Shown here: positions 53,785 to 62,697 of the stretch, one piece after another | How positions within the stretch are numbered: the first letter of the stretch is position 1 | Layout: every line of letters starts with the position of its first letter | Position numbers and translations under genes: made by a program | Assembly (NCBI GenBank): GCA_963812605.1 | Contig: CAWEWF010000014.1 | Coordinates: 640,001 to 704,000, forward strand | Length of the DNA: 64,000 nucleotides | Direction: 5' to 3' | DNA from: an uncultured Verrucomicrobiae bacterium | Lineage (GTDB): Bacteria > Verrucomicrobiota > Verrucomicrobiia > Palsa-1439 | The notes under the pieces: model-generated | Databases searched by the model: none | What the model saw: only the letters and a program-made list of their open reading frames with translations | What the model was told of the DNA's origin: nothing

Positions 53785-55478
53785 GGCGCGCCTTCCGTGA
53801 CGGCGGGAATCTCGATGGTGAACGTGCTGCCGCGTCCGGGTTCGCTCTCGACATGCACGGAGCCGTGGTGCGCCTCGACGATCGATTGGACAATGCTGAG
53901 GCCGAGCCCGCAACCGCTGGCCGATCGCGAGAGTCCCTGGTCCGTCTGATAAAAGCGGCGAAACACCCGCTTGCTCTCGCGGGGCGTCAGGCCGATACCG
54001 TTGTCCTCAACGGCGAAGCAGACACTGCTATTGCGCGCCTCGGTTCTCACGACAATGCGCTTTTCGTCGCCGGAATATTTCCAGGCGTTGTCCAGCAGGT
54101 TCAGCAACGCCGTCACCAGCGCGTCGACATCCCCGCGAATCGGGGGGAGATCGGCAGCGATATGCGATTCAAGGGTGCAGCCGGACGCCTGGGCCCGCTC
54201 TCCCAAGGCCGCCACGGCGCCCTCCACAATTTGTTGTGGACGGACGCGGGTGAACTCGAACGCGAATTTGTTCCTCTCCAGGCGTGAGAACGTGAGGAAA
54301 TTGTCGATCAACCGGCTCAAACGCGCATTTTCCGTGGCGAGCAACTTCAGATATTCCCGCGTCGTTTTTTCATCGAATCGCTCGGCATCGAGCAAGGTAT
54401 CCACAAGGGCGCGCATCGCGGTGAGCGGTGTTTTGAGTTCGTGCGAAACCGTGGCGACCAAATCATTCTTCAGTCGGGCCAACTGCACCTGTCGCCCAAA
54501 ACCACGCGCGATCAGGAGGCCCAGCACCGACATGGCGGCGATTACAATGCTGCCGACAACCAGATAACGGGTCACTCGTTGATCCGCCGCAGTATTGAAA
54601 AGCGCACGATCATCCAGCGACAAGGCAAGCCGCCAGCCAGGCAACTCGGGAGCCAATGACACCGTCGCGACCGTGGATTTCGTTATCACGTCATCACCCG
54701 GAGAGATCACGGCAAGGCTGACGCCTTGCGGCAAGTCCGGATTATGAATTAGATCGTTCAGTTTCTTCTGGAGGCCGGCGGTCGTGAACAATGCCAGCGT
54801 GAGCCGGTTCGACGTGCCGACTGACCACACATCGCGCAATTCGGTGATGTGCAACGTTGGCGCGAGTGCGAAAACCGGATTCGTCTCCAAATAGCGAGCG
54901 GCAAGTTCTTCCCCAGCCAGTGTCGGAAACTCCAACCCGGGATCGAACCGTCGTAGTTCATGCATAAGGAAACGGCGCTGCGCCGACGGGAGCGCGTCCG
55001 TCGTGTAGTCGTTGACCCGCTCCCGCAATCGGGCAACAGTTTCGTTGAATTGCGGACTTGTCCTGTTGGTCGATAATTCGAGCGCGAATAGTTCTGCATT
55101 GGCGGCGGCGTTGCGCTGGTCCGACAAGCGCGGATAAGCAACGCGGCCCTGCTGGTCGAAGCAGACCACGCCATCAGCCAATCTTTCACCCACACAGCGC
55201 GCAAAGCGAGCGGCATCCCCCTCCGTGCCGCCGAGCCGGCCAAGCTGTTGATTCCAGCGCTCGTTCAATTGCGCCTGAACCAGCGTCAGTTGGCCGCGAT
55301 AGGCTTCGGCCAGTTTTTCGCGCACGGCCAGCCGCTCATTGTGCATCGCCTCGCGCATGAACCACAGCACGCAGCCGATGGCGACAAGCATCACGACCAA
55401 CAGCAGCGCCAGCATGGGCCAGGCGCGAACGTCCCGGCCCATGCGGCGGTGGAACAGATGGAATCGTTGTCTACTCAC
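53781..55478 (-). CDS. Membrane sensor histidine kinase
   Basis: Two TM helices; motifs SHELKTPL, NLLDNA, DNGIG and GLGLSIV. Confidence 0.93.
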   Translation of the reverse strand: MSRQRFHLFHRRMGRDVRAWPMLALLLVVMLVAIGCVLWFMREAMHNERLAVREKLAEAYRGQLTLVQAQLNERWNQQLGRLGGTEGDAARFARCVGERLADGVVCFDQQGRVAYPRLSDQRNAAANAELFALELSTNRTSPQFNETVARLRERVNDYTTDALPSAQRRFLMHELRRFDPGLEFPTLAGEELAARYLETNPVFALAPTLHITELRDVWSVGTSNRLTLALFTTAGLQKKLNDLIHNPDLPQGVSLAVISPGDDVITKSTVATVSLAPELPGWRLALSLDDRALFNTAADQRVTRYLVVGSIVIAAMSVLGLLIARGFGRQVQLARLKNDLVATVSHELKTPLTAMRALVDTLLDAERFDEKTTREYLKLLATENARLSRLIDNFLTFSRLERNKFAFEFTRVRPQQIVEGAVAALGERAQASGCTLESHIAADLPPIRGDVDALVTALLNLLDNAWKYSGDEKRIVVRTEARNSSVCFAVEDNGIGLTPRESKRVFRRFYQTDQGLSRSASGCGLGLSIVQSIVEAHHGSVHVESEPGRGSTFTIEIPAVTEGAP

Positions 55479-56912
55479 TTCGTCCGATAGCTGGCGACGA
55501 TCGTGTCAAACTGCGCTTTGAGAGCGTCGTATTTATCCGGGGCACACGCCAGCACAAACAATTCGGAATTCTTTCCTCTCTCGACCCGTGCCAGATAGTA
55601 CACACGCCATTCGCCGCCTTGACTGTAATCCCCCACACAACTCACAGCGTGCCGACCGTCGATGGTCAACACCCTCCAGCTATCGGGACGGGCCTTGATG
55701 TCCTTCCTCTCTTGTAGAAACTCGTCCATCCAACCCCGAGCCGAATGTATCTCGGACGGGGTCTCGGTCGTGAAGAGACGCACCCCGCCGTCATCGGTAT
55801 CCGCGCCGGGATCAAGCGTGCGGATCAAAACCTGCCCCTCCGGCTGGCCGTGTCGGGCCCGGAAAATTACCCAGTCCGCCGGGGCCGTAAACGTCGCCCC
55901 GGTTTCGCTATCGTGAAACGCCACTGCTTCACCGGGTCGGCGCTGCGTGACCGACATCAACACGGCGGTGATCGGACCCGCCTCGTATTTTACGAGATAG
56001 CGGTGTATATCGTCTGAGAACCAGAAATCCTGATTCACCATGCTCAAATGGACTTTGAAGCAATCGAATTTCCCCGCCGGTACCTCCACGGTCTCTTTCC
56101 CGATTACTTCCAGCGCAATGGGAAGGGCGGCGCTGGCTCCCAACGATGCAAACACGGGTACAGTCGCCTTGTATCCAACTTGCAGCGGAAGCCGGCGCAT
56201 AACGATGCACGGCTTCCTCGTTGTCATAAACGACACCGTCCAGCGCGTTCGTATTGGTTCCCGTCCGCCCCACACGCTGAACCCGAACCTGGCCCGGTGA
56301 ATAGACCGCCGTCACCTCCCCGAGCATCGAATGTTTCCAGCGGCTGCTGATCGGACGGAAGGTTTCGCTGTCGACATCGACACTGCTGACGGATTGCGGC
56401 CCGGCCATCATGCGGCAACCGACACGCCAAATCCTGCCTCCCTTCGCCTGTTGGATGAGATCGGCGCGATACTCGCCCGTTCCAATGTCGGCGCCAGATG
56501 CCACCGCGATATTCAGTTGCATGCGCTCGCCGTCGACCCAGGGCACCGGCCCCAACGTAAGACCGCTGGGCAAATACTCGCGCGCCTGGGCGACCAAGTT
56601 CGTCTCGTTCGGAAAGTCGTGGATAAGTTTCACAAACGCCGCAGTCGCGTCGGCGGGCCGGTTTTTCTTCAGGTAGCACTGGCCGAGTCGGAGTTGCGCC
56701 TGCGCGGCCAGCCACAGGTTGCTGCTCGCCTCGGCGACCACTTGCTGGTAGATCGCAATCGCCGAATCGAAGTCGCCCTTGGTGTCCTGGTTATAAATCC
56801 CCTTCTCGAGCAACTCGGAAGGAGAGGTCGGCGCGGTCTGCGCGTACGTCGCCGTGGCCGCCGCCACGATCAAGATCCCGAACAGAATTTGCAAAGCAGT
56901 TGTAGTTTTCAT
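55475..56912 (-). CDS. Secreted TPR + DUF3108-like protein (frameshift near 56200)
   Basis: Signal peptide, N-terminal TPR (AIAIYQQV, AQLRLGQCY) and ETVEVPAGKFDCFK; overlaps the kinase start. Confidence 0.7.
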
Positions 56913-56988
56913 GCCTCCCAGCTTGCCGAAGCCATGTTACCACTTTGTTACCTGCATGTCCTTTGTTTGTCCGACCGGCGCAGGGCCG

Positions 56989-59052
56989 CTACGGTCCCAG
57001 CGTCAGATCTTTCACCAGTTCGGAGGCTTGATAAACATTTTTCAACGCTGCCAGGATCGCGGCGGAATCCACTGACGTCGCGCGCCCTTGCGCGTCGTTA
57101 AACGCAAAATCCCAGGACAGGCTTTGCAGGTTTCCATCGAAAATAATCCCGACAAATTCACCGGCGCGATTCACCACCGGACTGCCGGAGTTGCCGCCGA
57201 TAATGTCACAGGTGCTGACGAAATTGAATGGCGTCTTCGGGTCGAGGCGTGACTTGCGCTTTTCCCAGAGCGGCGGCAGATCAAAGGGCGGTTGGTCCTT
57301 CATCGTCGCAGCTTTTGTATACAGTCCGCCGACCGTGGTGAACGCGCGCACCGTCGTGCCGTTCTCCTCCCAGCCTTTTACCAACCCGAAGGCGAGACGC
57401 AGCGTGAACGTGGCATCCGGATAACCCGTCAGGCCAAACAGCGTGTTGCGAGCACGCGCTATCGCTGCGTGCGCCTGCTCCTTCGCCTCGGTTTGGGATT
57501 CGTAAACTTTGCGTAGCGCCCGGGATTCAGGATCGACGAGCCGCGCCAGTTCAATCAGCGGGTCTCGCGCCGCGGAAACGGCATTGGAACCGCCCTCGTA
57601 CAGTTGCTTGCGAAAAGCGACATCGCGAACCTTGGTGCCGTTGATCAATTCCGCGGCGCTATCGCGCGGTGATTTGCCGGCCAAGATGCCTTGGACAAGG
57701 GGATCGGTCACGCCCAATTCACTCGTGAGAAACGTCAGCGAGTCCGCCAGCGTGAGGGTCTCCAAATCCGGATAAATCGGCTTCTCCGAAAAGAGGGCTA
57801 GTTCGAGAGAGACTTTCCCCGAATCAGAGAATTCGCGGAGACGTTCCCCATTGGGCTTGGGACGTTCCTCGCCTGCGCGCAATAATGTGCGGGCGATGCG
57901 AAAACTCTCACAGTTGAAGCCCAGGACGTGCTCGAACAATTCGTAGCGGACGCTTTGCTCCGCCAGGGTTTTTGTGGCGGCGGCGATCTTGTCGTAAGCG
58001 CCGAGCGCATCGGACAGCTCCGGCTTGCCCGGCAAGTTGCGCCCGGAAATCGGTTTCTGCTTTCTCCTTGGCCGCGAGCAAAGATGGCTCCAGCAATCCC
58101 GCCAACTGACCGTCGAAAAGCTTACGCGCATTCTTGACGCCAAAAAGCATCGCCTTGGCGCGCCGTTCATTCTCTTCGCTGCGCTGGCTCCAGTTGCTCA
58201 GCAAGACTTCGCGGCCCTTGAACACATCAAGACGGAACGGCAGTTGTTGATCGCGGATGTTTTGCAATTCCGCGACTGTCAACAGCCGGCTGGTCCTGCC
58301 CGGATTACCGGAAACGAAGACCAGTTCTCCTTCGCGCGGACCGTCAGGCGAAAAGTGAAGGTAATTCTTGATCCGGGCCGGCTTGCCGTCCTCATAGGCG
58401 CGGAACAGGCAGATGTCCAAATCGTAGCGCGGGAACTCAAAATTGTCCGGCTCTCCGCCGTAAAACGCAGCCTGGTACTGGGGAGCGAACACCAATCGCA
58501 CATCGGTATAGCGCTTGTAACGGTACAGATGAAACGCGCCGCCCTGCCAAAGGGTCACTACATCCGAACGCAACCCCGTTTGGTCGAGTGATTCTTTTTC
58601 GATTTGCGCGATGATTTTGCGCCGCGCGAGAAAGGCCGCGGACGGATCAACGTCTTTCGGCACTGCCGCGTTTACACGAGCCGTCACGTCCTCGATCGAA
58701 TCGAGCACGTTGAGTTCCAAATCCAGACATTTGATTTCCTCGGCCAGCGTGCGCGCATGAAACCCGTCCTTAAGATAATCCTTTCCCTTCGTGCTGAGTT
58801 TTTGCAATGCATCGGCGCCGACATGGTGATTGGAAATCAACAGGCCGTTCTCACTGAGGAAGCTGCCGAACCGCCGGAATTGAAGCGTACCGAAGATTTT
58901 TGCAAATGCTCGAGCCACGTGTCCGTCGCATCGAACTGATAGCGCTCCAGCAAGAGTTGGCGGGGCGGCTGGTTGTAAAGCCACATCCCTTCATCGGCCC
59001 GGACAGTAAAGGTCAACGCGAACAACAGCAGGGCCGTGAAGATGAATCTCAT
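56989..59052 (-). CDS. S46 family dipeptidyl peptidase (frameshifts)
   Basis: Motifs ADEGMW, SNHHV, YPDATFTLRL, DIIGGNSGSPV and FDGN. Confidence 0.92.
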
Positions 59053-59069
59053 GGATGCGCGAAGGCTGA

Positions 59070-59525
59070 TCACTTTTTGGGTGTCAGCGGCGTGTAATAG
59101 TAGATGACCGTGTAGGTGGCCGGGACTTTGCCGGGATTGCGCAGGCGGGTGGTGGCGTGAGACGCGAAAAAGATGACCGAACCCGGCCCGACAGTTTCCG
59201 ATTGTCCATCATAGGTCGCCTCGACGGTGCCTTCCTTGACGACGACAATCTCCTCTTGCAGATGCAAGCGCGGCTCCCCGCTTTGTTGGCCGGGATTGAG
59301 GGTGGTAATGTGGCAATTGATCTTGTCGAGCGTCGCGGTGGGCCCATCAAACACGAGCCGGCGCACGCCGTTTGACACCGTCAACGGCTGCGTTTTCTCC
59401 CAATCGTAAATGGCAGAAAGCAACGCTGGCTGGTTGGAGGATGTGGAGGACACGTTCGTTGGCGTTTGCGCCAAAAGTGCCGCGCAGAGACTAATCAATG
59501 CAACTGAACAGAGAATCGTCTTCAT
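59070..59525 (-). CDS. Secreted cupin-domain protein
   Basis: Signal peptide; motifs HITTLNPG, HLQEEIVVVKEG and GPGSVIF. Confidence 0.85.
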   Translation of the reverse strand: MKTILCSVALISLCAALLAQTPTNVSSTSSNQPALLSAIYDWEKTQPLTVSNGVRRLVFDGPTATLDKINCHITTLNPGQQSGEPRLHLQEEIVVVKEGTVEATYDGQSETVGPGSVIFFASHATTRLRNPGKVPATYTVIYYYTPLTPKK

Positions 59526-59634
59526 AGTGTCCTTGCGGTTGTGCGCCTGCGTTTCCTTTATCGCGCAACGAGTCTACGCGTTTCATCCTCCGTTCGCAGC
59601 CAAAATATTCGCCATGAACACTGATGCTGTAAGA

Positions 59635-59659
59635 CGGAGGGCCACGCTCCGTCGTGGCC
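59635..59659. repeat. REP, left member of the inverted pair flanking RAYT2 (unoccupied IS110 target)
   Basis: CGGAGGGCCACGCTCCGTCGTGGCC is the exact reverse complement of 60187-60208 joined to 61412-61414. Confidence 0.9.
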
Positions 59660-59677
59660 GCGTCCGAATGCGTCTAT

Positions 59678-60156
59678 TCAATCGCGCCACTCCAACACAT
59701 TCAACTCGCCCTGATACGGCCAATCTTCAACTTTGGTGACGAACCCATACCGCACCGGATTTTGCCGGATATAGTTCCACTTGTCTTCGTAACTATCGCT
59801 TCGTCGCAGTTGAGTCTCCAAAAGGCTTTCTGCCACACGGGTTGTTCAGCCAAGCGCGGCCACTGACACGATGCACGCGATTTCCAGAATTGCACCCACT
59901 TCTCAGAGAGACGGGCTCGACGCTATCGGGTGAACAAAATAGATGAATATGGTCCGGCATCAGGACGTATCCGGCCAATTGTCCACGCGTCCGCCACTTG
60001 CCAGGTTGCCAGCAAAAGATGATGGACATCACCGCAAGCGAGAACGGGTTTGCGCTTGTCCGCACAGACCGTGAGGTAGACGATCGTTGAACGATTGTGA
60101 GAAGGCAGCGGCGGTAGATAAATCGGCCTCTTGCGTTTAGGTAGTTTCCCGCCCAT
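59678..60156 (-). mobile_element. REP-associated tyrosine transposase RAYT2 (frameshifts)
   Basis: Motifs IVYLTVC, YVLMPDHIHLF, VWQ and KWNYIRQNPVR...WPYQGE; flanked by inverted REPs. Confidence 0.88.
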
Positions 60157-60186
60157 GTCACATTGAGGCATCCGCTCTATCGCGTC

Positions 60187-60208
60187 GGCCACGACGGAGC
60201 GTGGCCCT
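60187..60208. repeat. REP, right member of the pair, split by the IS110 insertion
   Basis: GGCCACGACGGAGCGTGGCC-CT; the remaining CCG resumes at 61412. Confidence 0.9.
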
Positions 60209-60224
60209 TGTATCTAGAATTTTT

Positions 60225-60450
60225 GGTACTCTCTGGCTTGGTTTCCCACCGGTGTGGGAGCGACAGGATGGCCCTTGGGGGCATGCCCCCCAAGGGCGCG
60301 CGGAAGTGATCGTCGTGGCCCTCGGTTCGGTTCAGACCTGTCCGTTTGGAGCTGGATCCATCCGCGTTGCCTGTCGGTACGCTCGAACAGTTGCCAGAGC
60401 GGCGGTCGCGCCCATCCGCGCCACCACCAGCTCGCATTGCAAGGAGGAGT
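60225..60450 (+). ncRNA. Predicted bridge RNA (ends approximate)
   Basis: Guides CGTGGCCCT (60314-60322), TTTGGAG (60345-60351), ACAGTTGC (60387-60394) and TGCAAG (60438-60443) sit in two internal loops closed by stems. Confidence 0.85.
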
Positions 60451-60456
60451 CTAACC

Positions 60457-61398
60457 ATGTTGCCATCGATCGTCTACGTCGGAATGGATGTCGCCAAACT
60501 CACCCTGGATCTGCACGCCGCCAGCGGATCCCGCGCGCAGTTCCGTCAGTTTCCCAACCACCCTCAGGGCCACCGCGCCTTGGTGCGTTGGCTGCAAGCT
60601 CTGGGATCCGTGCACGTCATCGGCGAAGCCACAGGCGGCTATGAACGCGCCGTCGTGGCCGCCCTGCACGCGGCCGGTGTAGTGGTTTCGGTAGTCAACG
60701 CGCGTCACGTGCGCGACTTCGCCCGCGCCACCGGTCGGCTGGCCAAGACTGACCAACTGGATGCCGCCGTGCTGGCGGCTTACGGCGCCGCCGTACGCCC
60801 GGCCGGCACCGCCGCGTTGAGCGCCGCCCAGAGTCAACTGGCGGAGTTGGTCACCCGTCGCCAACAAGTCCTGGCGCTGCGCGTGGCCGAGCACAACCGC
60901 TTGGAGCATCTCACCCACCCCGACGCCCGCCGGCAGATCCAGCGCCACCTCAGCCAACTGGATCGACACCTGGAACAGCTCGCCGCGTGGATCGCCGCCT
61001 TGGTCCAAGCCGAGCCCGCGCTGGCGCAGAAAGTCGCCCGACTCTGTTCGGTGGTCGGCGTGGGACGCCTGACGGCCGTCGTGCTGTTGGCGCTGCTGCC
61101 GGAATTGGGCACGCTGAATCGGCGCCAGGCCGCGGCGCTGGCGGGTGTGGCTCCCTTCAATCGCGACAGTGGTCCGCATCGGGGACGCCGACAAATCGGC
61201 GGAGGACGGCCCGCCGCCCGGCGGGCCTTGTACATGTCGGCTCTGGTGGCGGCCTTTCGCCACCCGCAATTGCAGCCCTTCTATCAACGCTTGGTGGCCA
61301 AGGGCAAGGCCCCCAAAGTCGCCCCGGTCGCCGTCATGCGCAAACTCATCATCTTACTCAATCGCCTGCTCCAAGAACCTACTTTCCAACCCTTATGA
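60457..61398 (+). CDS. IS110-family DEDD recombinase/transposase, 313 aa, intact
   Basis: Motifs VGMDVAK, GEATGGY and AKTDQLDA (DEDD); C-terminal GVAPFNRDSG carries the catalytic-type Ser; RBS AGGAGG. Confidence 0.96.
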   Translation: MLPSIVYVGMDVAKLTLDLHAASGSRAQFRQFPNHPQGHRALVRWLQALGSVHVIGEATGGYERAVVAALHAAGVVVSVVNARHVRDFARATGRLAKTDQLDAAVLAAYGAAVRPAGTAALSAAQSQLAELVTRRQQVLALRVAEHNRLEHLTHPDARRQIQRHLSQLDRHLEQLAAWIAALVQAEPALAQKVARLCSVVGVGRLTAVVLLALLPELGTLNRRQAAALAGVAPFNRDSGPHRGRRQIGGGRPAARRALYMSALVAAFRHPQLQPFYQRLVAKGKAPKVAPVAVMRKLIILLNRLLQEPTFQPL

Positions 61399-61439
61399 AA
61401 AGACAGTTGCTCCGAAGGACAAAACGACACACGACCACT

Positions 61440-62642
61440 TCAATCCGCCTTGGGCAGTTCGCCTTTTTTATAGTAGTCGAGCGACTGCTGCAAAAATGCT
61501 TTCTCGGTGCCTTCCGCGAGATCCACTGCTTTTTCCTGCAATTCAATGGCCTTCTCTTTCTTGCCCTCCAGGAACAATACTCGGGCCAACGTGTCGAGGA
61601 TGGGGGCGTTCTTGCCCAAGGTCGCGTCGTTGGCACGCGTGGCGATGGTTTCCGCCAGGGGCAGGTCACGCTGCTCAATGGTCTTGTCGGTCGCAAGCCG
61701 CCAGGCCATATCGTTTTGCATGGCCGGATTGTCCTTGTGGGTCTCGCTTATTTGCGCGGCCAGCTTGTAGGCCTGCGGGTACTCCTTGATAAGAAGCAGG
61801 ATGTTGAGCCGCGTCATGTCCAGTTCGTCCTGCAATCTCGGGTCACCCTTGTGGGTCTCTTTCATTGTCGCAGCCAGCTTGTCTGCTCCCGCATTATCCT
61901 TCTGGCCAACCAGAATGCTGAATCGCGTTAGATCCAGCCCGGCTCGCTGGTTCTCCGGCAATACCTTTTCCTCTTCGTCGAGCGCGGCAGCCGCCTTGTC
62001 CCAATCTTTCTCCCGTATCGCCTGGCTGACGGCGGTGCGTAAGGGGCGCAACTGCGTCTCGCTGCGCTGCTTCTCCGCGAACTCCTTCGCGGCCGTTGAT
62101 ATATCGAATGTGCCGGCCAACACATCGTCGATCACTGTTTCTTGCAATGCCATCGGGTGCCCGATCCAGGCAATGACGCCGTTACCGTTCACCAGAAATG
62201 CCGTCGGGATCCCATTTTGCCCCGCGGCGGTCATCCAGGTTTCGGACATCTTGCCATTCTCACTGCCCTGCTTGTCGTCAAGCGCCACACGATAGGTCAT
62301 ATTGTCGCCCATGGTCTTGACGAACGGCGCCACCAAATTGTCGTCGCGTTCCCAGCAGTTTTGGCCGATGACCACGAGGCCTTTGCCTTTGTACTTGTTG
62401 TAAATCTCGTTCAGGTGCGGGATCGAGGCGCGGCACGGGCCGCACCAGGTGGCCCAGAATTCGACGATATAGGTCGTCCCCTTCGCGAACTCTTTCACGG
62501 GATCGCCCTGCACCCATTTGCCGTTTTGGAGCTTCGGGGCCGGATCGCCCACCTTGAGAGTTGGCTCAGCCGCCCGTGCGAGCGTGGACGTTGCGATTAG
62601 GAACAGTACCGACGAGAACCACTTCATAGTACTTCGATTCAT
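61440..62642 (-). CDS. TlpA-like thioredoxin-fold protein with C-terminal helical/TPR region
   Basis: Signal peptide; motifs VEFWATWCGPC and GIPTAFLV; C-terminal ILDTLARV. Confidence 0.88.
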   Translation of the reverse strand: MNRSTMKWFSSVLFLIATSTLARAAEPTLKVGDPAPKLQNGKWVQGDPVKEFAKGTTYIVEFWATWCGPCRASIPHLNEIYNKYKGKGLVVIGQNCWERDDNLVAPFVKTMGDNMTYRVALDDKQGSENGKMSETWMTAAGQNGIPTAFLVNGNGVIAWIGHPMALQETVIDDVLAGTFDISTAAKEFAEKQRSETQLRPLRTAVSQAIREKDWDKAAAALDEEEKVLPENQRAGLDLTRFSILVGQKDNAGADKLAATMKETHKGDPRLQDELDMTRLNILLLIKEYPQAYKLAAQISETHKDNPAMQNDMAWRLATDKTIEQRDLPLAETIATRANDATLGKNAPILDTLARVLFLEGKKEKAIELQEKAVDLAEGTEKAFLQQSLDYYKKGELPKAD

Positions 62643-62697
62643 GTTGCCGTACCTCCGTTTGTCAGGGCGAATCGGCAGCCGGTCAGCGGAAAACAAG

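Larger units (their letters stand above)
60207..61411 (+). mobile_element. Complete IS110-family (IS621-like) insertion sequence bounded by CT cores
   Basis: CT at 60207-60208 and 61410-61411. Removing the element restores the REP. Joined ends read ACAGTTG-CT-TGTAT. No terminal inverted repeats were seen. Confidence 0.93.

Noticed and set aside
60346-60456. N-terminal extension of the IS110 transposase suggested by the ORF track
   Set aside because: The RBS AGGAGG precedes the ATG at 60457, the DEDD domain starts right after it, and the upstream region is better explained as bridge RNA.
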